From contig CM075995.1 in assembly GCA_038087875.1 (NCBI GenBank), forward strand, positions 9,922,001 through 9,986,000: DNA of 64,000 nucleotides, given 5' to 3'. This DNA comes from Malacoraja senta. Its lineage: Eukaryota. Numbering within the stretch: the stretch's first letter is position 1; each line of letters starts with the position of its first letter. Positions 40,430-54,005 of the stretch are shown here, piece by piece. A program made the position numbers and the translations under genes. The notes beneath the pieces are model-generated. The model saw nothing but the letters and a program-made list of their open reading frames with translations. It had not been told where the DNA came from and made no database searches.

Positions 40430-41160
40430 AAGGTCCGCAGGGGTTGGTGCGGAGGCCATTACTCTTCACGTTGTATATTAATGATTTGGACAAGGGGATT
40501 GAAGGCTTTGTGGCAAAGTTTGCGGATGATACAAAGATAGGTGGAAGGGCAGGTAGTCTGGAGAAAGCAGTGACTCTGCAGAAGGACTTAGACAGGTTGG
40601 GATAGTGGGCAGAGAAGTAGCAGATGGAATATAGTGTAGCAAAGTGGAGTCTTTTGGTAGTAAGGTCACATTGCATTTTGGTAGTAAGGTCACATTTGGA
40701 ATATTGTGAGCAATTTTGGGCACCATATCTGAGGAAGGATGTGCTGGGTCTGGAGAGGGTCCAGAGGAGGTTTTACAAGAATGATCCCAGGAATTAGTAG
40801 ATTAACGTATGATGAGCGTTTGTCGGCACTGGGCCTGTACTCGCTTGAGTTTAGAAGAATGAGGGGGGACCCGATTGAAATATACAGAGTAGTGATGTGG
40901 AGAGGATGTTTCCACTAGTGCGAGTGTCTAGGACTAGAGGTCATAGCCTCCGAATTAGGAAGGATATGAAGAGAAATATCTTTAGTCAAAAGGCGGTGAA
41001 TCTGTGGAATTCTTTGCCACCGAAGGCTGTGGAGGCCAAGTCATTTGATATTTTTAAGGCAGAGATAGATAGATTTTTGATTAGTACGGGTGTCAGAGGT
41101 TTTGGGGAGAAGGCAGGAGAATGGGGTTAGGAGGGAGAGATAGATCAGCCATGATTGAAT
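40430..41160 (+). mobile_element. CR1 3' fragment with an internal deletion
   Basis: Closely resembles 45510-46400 but lacks the block between ttttggtag and aggccacatttgg. Confidence 0.8.
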
Positions 41161-41790
41161 GGCTCTGCAGGGGTGGGTGTGGCTAAATGTTGCTGAAATG
41201 AATGCAAAGCCTGCTTCACAAAGTGTCTGAGAGAGTATGGGATGCATAGGAACCTCTTGGAGTAAGGAGGAACTTCGGATGGGGATTCAAGGAAACAACA
41301 AATCTGTGCAAAGGAGTGAGCAAGGTACAGAAGGTTGAAGAAAGGTGAGAAAGTGGGGCAAGACCTGCTATGGTGATCTCTGTTTTACACACACTATCCT
41401 CACAATCTGACCCCTGGAAGTATTGGGCTTGGAGGATCACCAGCTCCTCCTTCTTTCCACTAAATTGGAAATCAGTACAAATTTGCTTGCCGGTTCCAAG
41501 CTTTGCTGTGATGAGCACAGACTGATGGGTGAAGAGAACCAGAGTTTTGGATGAGCTACAGTTGAGAGCTCGGCAAAAGTGTCCAGGAAGGCGTTAGCTG
41601 TTGGTGGTAGTGGACAATCCTGAGGGTGTGGAATCCCTTCTTAGAACACAGGACAGTTGCAAACATTGTAGGAAGGAACTACAGATGCTGGTTTAAACCG
41701 AAGATAGATGGAAAATGCCAGAGTAACTCAGCGGGACATGCAGCATCTCTGGAGAGAAGGAATGGATGACGTTTTGGGTCGAAACCTGAA

Positions 41791-41824
41791 GTCTGATGAT
41801 GGGTCTCGATCCGAAACGTCACCC
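41791..41824 (+). ncRNA. Minimal hammerhead-ribozyme-like motif in a short Penelope-derived element
   Basis: gt CTGATGA t GGGT ctcg ATCC GAAAC GTC accc; consensus CUGAUGA core and GUC cleavage triplet; helix I only about 2 bp. Confidence 0.55.
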
Positions 41825-42412
41825 ATTCCTTCTCTCCAGAGTTGTCAAGCATTTTAAGTCTATCTACAGTTGTGAACTATGGTTTAACCATAGCCAAGAG
41901 CCTGGGAATGTGGTATGTTGATGATCTGTGATCGTCTCTGAAGTTAATCTTCTCTTTGGAAGTCCTTCCTGCTCAAAACCTTGCTTTTGCTTGAGCATCA
42001 TTTTAGTTGTATGTTTTATTTGGAGTTTTGTATTATTATAGATAAGAGAGTGGACATTTGGCCCATCAGGTAATGCCAGGCATCTGCCAGTTTAGTGTGA
42101 CTATATTGAAAAGCAAACAATTGGGTTGGTTTATCATTCGCGTCATGGTGATACAGCGTGGAAACAGGCCCTTTGGCCCAACTTGCCCGGGTTTTGTCCA
42201 TTTCCCTCCAAACCTGTCCTATCCATGTAGTCACTCGTGCTAAACAGGAAAATTGCGTTGGAATATAGTGTTACAGTTACAGAGAAAATGTATATACCAA
42301 TACCAAGTGCAGATTTTAAAATGCAACAGCTGCCATGAGGTAGATGGCAAATTGGAAATTCGTCCACAGTATATGTGAAGTCCATTCAATAGCCTGATAA
42401 CAGCGGGAAAGA

Positions 42413-42612
42413 NNNNNNNNNNNNNNNNNNNNNNNNNNNNNNNNNNNNNNNNNNNNNNNNNNNNNNNNNNNNNNNNNNNNNNNNNNNNNNNNNNNNNNNN
42501 NNNNNNNNNNNNNNNNNNNNNNNNNNNNNNNNNNNNNNNNNNNNNNNNNNNNNNNNNNNNNNNNNNNNNNNNNNNNNNNNNNNNNNNNNNNNNNNNNNNN
42601 NNNNNNNNNNNN
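42413..42612. other. Assembly gap (200 N)
   Basis: Run of N of round length, likely a placeholder. Confidence 0.98.
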
Positions 42613-43258
42613 CCGTGCTGCCCTTTGTGCATGAGTCAGACAAGAATAGCAGGCAGGTTCAACAAGTAGTTCAGAAGGTAAATGGCAGGTCGGGTATATT
42701 TGCCAAGAGGTTAAAGATAAAGAATAGGGAGGTTGTGTTACAGTGTACATAGTTTTGGTGAGGTCACATCTGCAACACTGCTCAGTTTTGGTTTCCTTAC
42801 CTAATAAAAGGATATAGTAGCATAGGAGGCAATCCAAAGGAGATTCACCAGGCTAATTACTGGAGGGCTGTCCTTTCAAGAGACACTGATTGGATCTGCA
42901 TTCTTTAAAATGTAGAAGAAAGGTGACCTTCAAATATATATGATCCCCAGGGGGCTTGACAGGGTAGATGTTGAGATGTTTCCACTAGCGGAAGAGACAC
43001 AAAAAAAGAATATAGTTTCTAAAGAACTCATGATTGGGACATGGATAGGAAAAGTGTAAAGGGATATGGGCCAATCCCAGGCCAATGGGATTAATATAGG
43101 TGGACATCTTGATCAGCATGGATGAGATGGGCTGAAGGGCCTGTTTCTCTACTCCACAAATCTATTTCACTGAGGTGCATTGACTTTTATTCTCAGGGAG
43201 GCAAAACTGGAACACTGCCTGGTGGAGTCGGATCAATGGATCTATATCTGAAAAGATA

Positions 43259-44680
43259 ACCATATAACCATAACAGGCCATCTCGGCCCTTTATTCTTTA
43301 ATTAAAAATAAATACTTCCGCCTAGTCCCATCTACCTGCACTCAGACCATAACTCTCCATTCCTTTCCCGTCCATATACATATCCAATCTATTTTTAAAG
43401 GATAACATCGAACCTGCCTCCACCAATTCCACTGGAAGCTCATTCCACACAGCTACCACTCTCTGAGTAAAGAAGTTCCCCCTAAACTTCTGTCCCTTAA
43501 TTCTCAAGTCATGTCCCCTTGTTTGAATCTTCCCTACTCTCAATGGGAAAAGCTTATCCACGTCCACTCTGTCTAACCCGCTCATAATTTTAAAGACCTC
43601 TATCAAGTCCCCTCTTAACCTTCTGCGCTCCAAAGAATAAAGACCTAACTTGTTCAACCTTTCTCTGTAACTTAGTTGCTGAAACCCAGGCAACATTCTA
43701 GTAAATCTCCTCTGTACTCTCTCTATTTTGTTGACATCCTTCCTATAATTAGGCGACCAAAATTGTACTCCATACTCCAGAATTGGCCTCACCAATGCCT
43801 TGTACAATTTTAACATTACATCCCAACTTCTATATTCAATGCTCTGATTTATAAAGGCCAGCACACCAAAAGCTTTCTTTACCACCCTATCTACATGAGA
43901 TTTCACCTTCAGGGAACTATGCACAGTTATTCCTAGATCCCACTGTTCAACTGCATTCCTCAATTCGCTACCATTTACCGTGTACGTCCTATTTTGATTT
44001 GTCCCGCCGAGATGTAGCACCTCACATTTGTCAGCATTAAACTCCATCTGCCATCTTTCAGCCCACTCTTCCAAATGGCCTAAATCTCTCTGTAGACTTT
44101 GAAAATCTACTTCATTATCCACAACACCACCTATTTTAGTATCATCTGCATACTTACTAATCCAATTTTCCACACCATCATCCAGATCATTGATGTACAT
44201 GACAAACAACAGTGGACCCAACATAGACCCCTGAGGCACCCCACTAGTCACCGGCCTCCAACCTGACAAACAGCCATCCACCATTACTCTCTGGCATCTC
44301 CCATTCAGCCACTGTCGAATCCATCTTGCTACTCCACCATTAATACCCAACAATTGAATCTTCTTAACCAACCTTCCATGAGGAACCTTGTCAAAGGCCT
44401 TACTGAAGTCCATATAGACAACATCCACTGCTTTACCCTCATCAATTTCCCTAGTAACCTCTTCGAAAAATTCAAGAAGATTAGTCAAGCATGACCTTCC
44501 AGGCACAAATCCATGTTGACTGTTCCTAATCAGACCCTGCTTATCCAGATGCTTATATATATTATCTTTAAGTATCCTTTCCATTAATTTGCCCACCACT
44601 GACGTCAAACTAACAGGTCTATAATTGCTAGATTTACTCTTCGAACCCTTTTTAAACAACGGAACAACATGCGCAGTTAT
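43259..44680 (-). mobile_element. CR1 with an open 445-aa RT/C-terminal ORF
   Basis: ORF 44659-43322 (NYRPVSL, GVPQGSMLGP, KYADD); tail ggttatatggttat on the minus strand. Confidence 0.93.
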
Positions 44681-44869
44681 GCGTACACGGTAAATGGTAG
44701 CGAATTGAGGAATGCAGTTGAACAGAGGGATCTAGGAATAACTGCATAGTTCCCTGAAGGTGGAATCTCATGTAGATAGGGTGGTAAAGAAAGCTTTTGG
44801 TGTGCTGGCCTTTATAAATCAGAGCATTGAATATAGAAGTTGGGATGTAATGTTAAAATTGTACAAGAT

Positions 44870-46480
44870 ATGCCTCAAATCGAAGAGAGTCGGGTTGGAA
44901 GTTAGTGGAGTGGCTATTACCAGGGAGACGATGCTTCGGAAGCTGAAAGGGCTGAAGGTGGATAAGTCACTGCACCCTAGGGTTCTGAAAGAGGTGGCTT
45001 TAGAGGTTGTGGAGGCATTGACAGTGATATTGCAAGAATCACTAGAGACAGGTCCCAGATGATTGGAAAATTGCCAATATTATCCTGCAGCACAAGAAGG
45101 GAGCAAAGCAGAATAATGGGAACTATGGGCCAGTTAGTCTGACTTCGATGGTTGGTAAGAGTCCATTATAGAGGATGAGGTTACGAAGTACTTAGAAGTT
45201 CATGATAAAATAGGCTGAAGTCAGAATGGTTTTGTGAAACGGAGGCCTTACTTGACAAATTTGCTGGAATTCTTTGACGTAAATAGCAGGACAGAAAGGA
45301 GAGTCAGTATATATTGTTTACTTAGATTTTCAAAAGTCTTTGATAAGGTGCCACACGTGAGGCTGCTCAGGAAGATGAGAGTCCACGGTATCAAAGGGCA
45401 GATACTGGCATGGATATCAGGGTGGCTGGATGGCAGAAGACAAAGAGTGATAATAAAGGGGGGGTTTTATGGTTGGCTGCCAGTGACTAGCGGAGTTCCG
45501 CAAGGCTCAGTGCTGGGGCCGCTACTCTTCACGTTGTATATTAATGATTTTGATGAGGGGATTGAAGGTTTTGTGGCCAAATTTGCGGATAATAAGAAAA
45601 AAGATGGAGGGGCAGGTAGTGTAGGGAAAGCAGGGACTCTGCAGTAGGACTTGGACAGGTTGGGAGAGTGGGTAGGGAAGTGGCATATGGAATATAGTGT
45701 AGCAAAGTGTGGGGTCATGCATTTTGGTAGCAGGAATAAAGGCGGAGACTATTTTCTAAATGGGGCGAGAATCCAGATATCCGAGGTGCAAAGGGACTTG
45801 GGAGTGCTGGTGCAGGATTCCCAAATAGTTAATTTGCAAGTCAAATCAATAAAGGATGAGGTTGCAGAAGGCAAACACAATGCTATTATTTATTTCAAGA
45901 GAGCTAGTATACAAAAACAGGGATGTCATGCTGAGGCTCCATAAGGCGCAAGTAAGGCCACATTTGGAATATTGTGAGCAATTTTGGGCACCATATCCGA
46001 GGAAGGATGTGCTGGCTCTGGAGAGGGTCCAGAGGAGGTTTACAAGAATGATCCCAGAATGAGTGGGTTAACATATGATGAGCGTTTGTCAGCACTTGGC
46101 CTGTGCTCGCTGGAGTTTTGAAGAATGAGGGGGAAACATACAGAATAGTGAAAGGCTTGGATAGAGCGGATGTGGAGAGCATGTTTCCACTAGTGGGAGA
46201 GTAGGTCGTAGCCTCAGAATTAAACAGTCCTTTTAGGAAGGAGATGAGACATTTCTTTAGTCAAGAGGGTGGTGAATCGGTGGAATTCTTTTCCACAGAA
46301 GGCTGTAGAGGCCAAGTCAGTGGATATTTTTAAGGCAGAGATAGATCGTTTTTTGAATGGTACGGGTGACTGGTTATGGAGAGAAGGCAGAAGAAAGGTT
46401 AGGGAGAGATGAATGGCGGAGTAGACGTGATTGAATGGTGGAGTAGACGATGGGCTGAATGGCCTAATTCTACTTTTATC
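44870..46480 (+). mobile_element. Degenerate CR1 RT and 3' region
   Basis: ORFs 45234-45647 and 45856-46062 carry CR1 RT motifs. Confidence 0.88.
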
Positions 46481-46669
46481 ACTTGACCGTATGATCTTAT
46501 ATAAGGTGGAAATAGATAAATATTTGAAAGTTCGAAGAACTGAATTTAGTTTAGAGATACTTGTTGGAAATAGGCCCTTCAACAAACCGGGTCCACACCA
46601 TCCATCGATCACCAGTTCACACTAGTTCTACCATTTTCTCATCCATTCCGTACATACAGGGGCTATTTA

Positions 46670-47082
46670 CAGAGGGCCAATTAACCTACAAAGCAACACG
46701 TCTGGGATGTGGGAGGAAACCTGAGCACCCAGAGGAAACCCATGTGTTGTTAGTTCAGTTTATTGTCACGGGTACAGTGAAAAGTTTTTGTTGCGTGTTA
46801 TCCAGTCAGCAGAAAGACGATACATCATTACAATCGAGCCATTTACAGTGTATAGATACATGATAAGGAAATAAAGTTTAGTGCAAGGTAAAGCCAGCAA
46901 CGTTCGATCACGGATAGTCCGAGGATCACCAAAGAGGTAGATAGTAGTTCAGCACTGCTCTCAGGTTGTGGTAGGATGATTCAGTGGCCTAGTTATGGTG
47001 AATGTGCAAACTCCACACAGACAGCAACTGAGGCCAGGATTGAACGCAGTCTCTGGCACTGAGTGGCAGCAGCTCTACCAGC
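46670..47082 (-). mobile_element. V-SINE interrupted by a roughly 240-bp LINE-type 3'-UTR fragment (about 46750-46990)
   Basis: Minus strand: tggtagagctgctgcc...gttcaatcc...gtgtggagtttgcacattc [insert] catgggtttcctctgggtgctc. Confidence 0.65.
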
Positions 47083-47139
47083 AATTTACGTGTTGTTAGC
47101 CTGTGAAGTGTTGACAGTGAGGTACCTTGTCTCCTCCAG

Positions 47140-47378
47140 GTGTGACTCCAGCGCGTCCGACCGTGTCATTGCCAGTGACCATCCCGCAGGTGGGGGTGGT
47201 TAACCCCATACTTGCCATACCTCCAGCAATTATCGGCACTGCAGAAGTCAAGAAAGAAGATGAAGAAAAATTGCTGGATACTGAGCGTCTGGAGATGCTC
47301 AGCGAGCAGGAGCACATGAGCATTTCGGGCAGCAACGCCAGGCACATGGTGATGCAGAAGCTGCTTCGCAAGCAAGAG
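47140..47378 (+). CDS. puf60: PUF60 coding exon (exon 11 equivalent)
   Basis: (G)[25 protein letters not shown]...[29 protein letters not shown]; ctcctccAG acceptor, phase 1; GAG|GTGAGC donor. Confidence 0.94.
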
Positions 47379-48087
47379 GTGAGCAACAGTGCAGGGAGTT
47401 GGCCGTCATCTCAGGCAGGCTAGCATGTGAAGAAAGGGGTATTAAGCCTCCTTTATAAAAGGCATTGATTAGATCCTAAAAAGACGCACAGTGCTGGGCT
47501 AACTCATCGGGTCAGGTGGCTAACTAGCTCGGGACTAGGCATTGGCTGGATTTGCTGCTCAGTTCTGGACACTGCCTTACATTGGGAAACATTAGTCTTG
47601 GAGAGAACTCAAAAGTTTAATTTACGAGTGTACAAACTGCCCTTGCACGTTGAGTACAAGATACTATCTGAATTGCTCGATTTGGAAGATGACAAAATTT
47701 ACCAGATGTGATGGCATCATGAAATTGAAAACAGTGGAATTCTGGTCCATCCTTTCCCATATTTCATGTATACATAGTGTAAAGCTTGATTTGTACGTTA
47801 TTGAGTCAAATCATGCTGTACGTGTACTAAAGATCCTCTTCTGGAACAGCACGCAGAGTTGCCATGTTCCGACACCAACTTCCAACTCAACTTCCAAATC
47901 AACAAAAAGTCCAATCTTGGCCCTAGGAAATGCGCAACTTCTTAAGGTGGGGGCACTGGATGGGTGCAGTAGGGGGGAGCCTGGCCCAGCGCCATGCCAT
48001 TGGTTCTTTCCACTGCGGCTCCATGCATCTGCCGCAGGCTGCGCTCCATCCACTCACTCGCCCGCCCGGCTGCTGTAGGGCCTCCCC

Positions 48088-48312
48088 CGGCCATCTCCAC
48101 CAACACCATCGCCAACACCGCAAACCTCCCGCGGCATCTCCACCAACATTGCAAACCTCCCGCGGCATCTCCACCAACACAGCCGCCGCCCACTACCACC
48201 GCAAACCTTCCACCAACACCGCCAACCTCCCGCGGCCACCAACACCGCAAACCTCCCGTGGCCAACACCACCGTCCACCAACACCGCAAACATCCCGCGG
48301 CATCTCCGCCAC
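48088..48312. repeat. GC-rich tandem repeat, unit about 31 nt (caccaacaccgcaaacctcccgcggcatctc)
   Basis: Several imperfect units in the last puf60 intron. Confidence 0.8.
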
Positions 48313-48742
48313 CGCTGCTCCATGCAGCTGCCGAAGGCTGCGGCTCATCCGCTCGTTCACTCGCCCGGCTTCCGCGGCTATCGCCCACGACCACCCCATA
48401 CGTACTGTTTGTCTTCCTCAGGCAGCAAGCCCCTTCACTTCCATGCGCCAAGACTGCCATGTCCTGTATACTGAGCCAATCACGAAACAGGATGTTTCCT
48501 GGGCATAGGAAGCAAGTTAGTGGGCTGTTCAATGCCACTGACTTTCCCCCTCACCAACTGCTGCTTGGTTTGTGTGGCTTTCAATACTGAGATTTATTGG
48601 AAAAAGTGCGTGAAGGTAAGAGCTAATTGGTATGTGAGTAACAGAATTAGGTGTTAACGCGGGGTCGCACCTTTTCCTGTGTTCTAGGGCTGGGTGGGAT
48701 GCTGCATCAGGTCTATGTCACAGGCAGTACAGCCGAGAGTAA

Positions 48743-49060
<318 letters not shown>

Positions 49061-49666
49061 ACTCTAGGCCGTGATACTCTTTGTTGATGAACTGCAGCAA
49101 AAGGACTTTGCATCGTACTTGGGGTGAGCTGTGGTTCAGGGACCTCATCCAACAGCTGACATCTCCTCACCCACTTCAGTCTGGGAGGCTGCAGATGAAT
49201 GTGGTGGGTGTCCACTCTGAACTGATAGGATGCCGGGTCAGCCTCCCTGTTCCTCTGCTGTTTCTCCATTCGCTAGCCAAACCCAGTGGACCAAAGTGCA
49301 GAGCTCGGCCATGAAACCCCTGCCTCGACCACTCGCCCAACTCCCCTTCATCCTGTTGGTCGATTTCTCAACAGTTAGACGATTTTGTTCAGTGGCAGAT
49401 TCCATCAGTGGGAATTGCAGAATGTTTAGGATTTATTGCCCCCGTGCGGAACCCATGGACCTGGGCTGGTGAATTTTACGTGGTGTGATAGAGTTCAGAT
49501 CCATGGTGTCAGGACTGGGGGTGATTCACCTTAACGCATGGAGCTGGCCTGGATTCACACACCTCTCCAGATTGGTTCAACTCGGTGGGATTGTGTTTTT
49601 TTTTAAACTCTGTTAGCTGTTGGCTGCAAACGTGGACATTGTAGGCAAGTTACTGTTTCCATTTCT

Positions 49667-49672
49667 ATTAAA
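49667..49672 (+). promoter_or_regulatory. puf60: Probable puf60 polyadenylation signal (ATTAAA)
   Basis: ATTAAA about 600 nt after the stop codon, followed by a GT-rich stretch (tgattgtctggtatggcagtagtgtg). Confidence 0.6.
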
Positions 49673-52600
49673 GAATTATTCAACAAAAACTTGCAGTGAT
49701 TGTCTGGTATGGCAGTAGTGTGAATGGGCATCTCAGTTGATCATGGTGTTGTTGAAACATTAACTTCACAGGTGGGATGTGTGTGTGTGAATGTCCAGAA
49801 CAGTGTCCAGCACATTACAGGAAGCTGTCTGCTGCTGATGTTACCGGGGTGGTGGCTTTTCCTGTTACTCATCTGGCTACTTAGGTCACTCTCCTACCCT
49901 GCAGTGAGATGCATAGTGGCGGGCAGTGCCGGCCTGATGCTGGGCTGGATTGGGAAAGGAGTGAGCCCGTGTCTGTGGAGGGAGAGTTTTGTCCTTTAGC
50001 CCAGGGAGATACATATGAGGGGTTTGGACGGAGCATAGCAGAGATGTGTAAAACTAGATGTAGCCTTTGGATGCGAGGCAAGAGGTTTAGGAGGGATATG
50101 ATTGGAATCTGGATGGGGGTGGTGGACCATGATGTGCCAACCATGATGTCAAGACCAACTCTTATCTGTCTGCTCATAGTCCATGTCCATCCATTCCCTG
50201 CATTTCCATGTGCCCACCCAAAAGTCTCTTAAATGCTGCTATCGTATCTGCCTCCACTGCTACCCCTGGCGGAATGTCACTCACCAGCCTGTGATTTAAA
50301 AAACACTGGCCCTGCACATCACTGTTAAACTTTGCCCCTCTCACCTTAAAGCTATGGCCTCTAGTATTTAATGCTTCCATCCTGGGGAAAAAGGTTCTGA
50401 CTGTCTACCCTATCTATGCCTCTCATAATTCTATATACTTCTATCATGTCATCCTGCAACCTCTGGCATTCCAGAGAAAACTGCAAGTCTTTCCAACCTC
50501 TCCCTATAGCTAATACCCACTAATCCAGGCATCATTCTGGTGAACCTCTGCAACATATCTAAAGCAGCCATGTCCTTCCTGTAATGCGGTGATCAGAACT
50601 GTACACAATATTCCGATATTCAGTCTGAAGAAGGCTCGACCCGAAAAGTCACCCATTCCTTCTCTCCAGAGATGCTGCCTGACCCGCTGAGTTACTCCAG
50701 CATTTTGTGTCTACCTTCGATTTAAACCAGTATCTGCAGTTCTTTCCTACACATTATTCCAAATGCGGCTTAACCAAAGTACTATAAACCTGCATCATGA
50801 CTTCACACCCATGTGCAGGAGGTTATAGACAGAGTGTTGGTATTGAAATGAATATAGATGGGCACTTGCAGAAACTAGAGTGCAGATACTGGAATCTGAA
50901 ACAAAAAACAAACTGCTGGGGAATGCAGCAAGTCGAGCAGCATACGTGGAGGCAGAGGGGAGTTTACGTTTTGGGTCAAGACTACATGAGGATTTGGTGA
51001 CCTGGACCGAAGAACATTTCTGTGCTTTGACTCCAGGTGAGCATCACCTTTAGAACAGGAGCCTGAGCAATGGAGGTAAGGAAATGTCCTCTTCCCACCT
51101 GTGGTTCAAAACGTCTGGCTGTGAGGTAAATCTCAGCACATCCGCTCTGCCATCAGCAAAACCACCTTGCATGTTGAACAAAGATTTGGAGCCCAAACAC
51201 GTGGCACTACCAGACAAAATGTCAAAGAATACCTTGTTTTTTTTAATATACTGGTAGGAATATCAACAGTTTGATTCTAAAATTCTCATCTGTTTCCAAA
51301 TCTATCAATATTTTTAATGCTTCTTCCAATCTCTCATCTCTTGCAACATTGCAAGAACTCTGTATGCCTCAGTTCTTTAATGTCTACTGTCATATTGTAG
51401 GAATACATTTCTACGCTCCCATTACCAATTCAGACCACTGTCAGAATAAGATGCAGTGCTTGAATAACTCAGTGGGTCTGGCAGCATCTATAGAAAATGA
51501 AACAGTCACCATTCCAGGTTGAAAATCCTCAGCAGATTAATCTGACAAAGTAAACACAAGGAACCGTAGATGCTAGTTTACAAAATAAGACAAAGTGCAG
51601 GAGTAGGGTCAGAGAATAAGAGGTGGTGGGGTTCTTAAATGGGTGAGCAGAGAAACGGGTGTAAAATGCGGGCGGAAGCAATAGGTAGCAAGGTGAAAAG
51701 TAAAAGTGGCAGGCAGACAAATCCAGGGCAAAAATCAAAAAGGGCCACTTTTCAACATAATTGTATAAGGGGTAAGAGCATTGTAAAAACAAGCCTGAAG
51801 ACTGTCTCAATGCAAGGAGCATTCGTAATAAGGTGGATGAGTTGAACGTGCAGATAGCAATTAATGATTATGATATAGTTGGGATCACGGAGACATGGCT
51901 CCAGGGTGACCAATGCTGGGAGCTGAACATCCAGGGATATTCAATATTCAGGAGCGATAGAGAGAAAGGAAAAGGAGGTGGGGTAGCGTTGCTGGTTAGA
52001 GAGGAGATTAACGCAGTGGAAACGAAGGACATTAGCTTGGAGGATGTGGAATCGGTATGGGTAGAGCTGCGAAACACTAAGGGGCAGAAAACGCTGGTGG
52101 GTGTTGTGTACAGGCCACCTAGCAGTAGTAGTGAAGTTGGGGATGGCATCAAACAGGAAATTAGAAATGTGTGCAACAAAGGCAAAACAGTTATAATGGG
52201 AGACTTCAATCTACATATAGATTGGGTGAATCAAATTGGCAGGAGTGCTGAGGAAGAGGATTTCTTGGAATGTATGCGGGATAGTTATCTAAACCAACAT
52301 GTAGAGGAACCAACGAGAGAGCAGGCTATTCTAGACTGGGTATTGAGTAATGAGGAAGGGTTAGTTAGTAGTCTTGTGCGTGCCCCCTTGGGCAAGAGTG
52401 ACCATAATATGGTTGAGTTCTTCATTAGGATGGAGAGTGACATTATTAATTCAGAAACAACGGTTCTGAACTTAAAGAAAGGTAACTTGGAGGGTATGAG
52501 ACGTGAATTGGCCAAGATTGACTGGCAATTAGTTCTAAAAGGGTTGACGGTGGATATGCAATGGAAGGCATTTAAAGACTGCATGGATGAACTACAAAAA

Positions 52601-54005
52601 TTGTTCATCCCAGTTTGGCAAAAGAATAAATCAGGGAAGGTAGTGCATCCGTGGATAACAAGGGAAATCAGGGATAGTATCAAAGCAAAAGATGATGCGT
52701 ACAAATTAGCCAGAAAAAGCAGCATACCAGAGGACTGGGAGAAATTCAGACACCAGCAGAGGACAAAGGGCTTAATTAGGAAAGGGAAAATAGATTATGA
52801 AAGAAAACTGGCAGGGAACATAAAAACTGACTGCAAAAGTTTTTATAGATATGTGAAGAGAAAGAGATTAGTTAAAACAAATGTAGGTCCCTTGCAGTCA
52901 GAAACAGGTGAATTGATCATGGGGCACAAGGATATAGCGGACCAATTGAATAACTACTTTGGTTCCGTCTTCACTAAGGAAGACATAAATAATCTGCCGG
53001 AAATAGCAGGGGGCCGCGGGTCAAAGGAGATGGAGGAACTGAGTGAAATCCAGGTTAGTAGGGAAGTGGTGTTGGGTAAATTGAATGGATTAAAGGCCGA
53101 TAAATCACCAGGGCCAGATAGGCTGCATCCCAGAGTACTTAAGGAAGTAGCTCCAGAAATAGTGGAAGCATTAGTGATAATTTTTCAAAACTCTTTAGAT
53201 TCTGGAGTAGTTCCTGAGGATTGGAGGGTAGCAAACGTAACCCCACTTTTTAAGAAGGGAGGGAGAGAGAAAACGGGGAATTACAGACCAGTTAGTCTAA
53301 CATCGGTAGTGGGGAAACTGCTAGAGTCAGTTATTAAAGATGGGTTAGCAGCACATTTGGAAAGTGGTGAAATCATTGGACAAAGTCAGCATGGATTTAC
53401 GAAAGGTAAATCGTGTCTGATGAATCTTATAGAATTTTTCGAGGATGTAACTAGTAGAGTGGATAGGGGAGAACCAGTGGATGTGTTGTATCTGGACTTT
53501 CAGAAGGCTTTCGACAAGGTACCACATAAGAGATTAGTATACAAACTTAAAGCACACGGTATTGGGGGTTCAGTATTGATGTGGATAGAGAACTGGCTGG
53601 CAAATAGGAAGCAAAGAGTAGGAGTAAATGGGTCCTTTTCACAATGGCAGGCAGTGACTAGTGGGGTACCGCAAGGCTCAGTGCTGGGACCCCAGTTATT
53701 TACAATTTATATTAATGAACTGGATGAGGGAATTGAAGGCAACATCTCCAAGTTTGCGGATGACACTAAGCTGGGGGGCAGTGTTAGCTGTGAGGAGGAT
53801 GCTAGGAGACTGCAAGGTGACTTGGATAGGCTGGGTGAGTGGGCAAATGTTTGGCAGATGCAGTATAATGTGGATAAATGTGAGGTTATCCACTTTGGTG
53901 GCAAAAACAGGAAAGCAGACTATTATCTAAATGGTGGCCGATTAGGAAATGGGGAGATGCAGCGAGACCTGGGTGTCATGGTACACCAGTCATTGAAAGT
54001 AGGCA

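Noticed and set aside
47930..48590. Several overlapping ORFs of about 190-200 aa
   Set aside because: By-product of a GC-rich tandem repeat lacking stop codons
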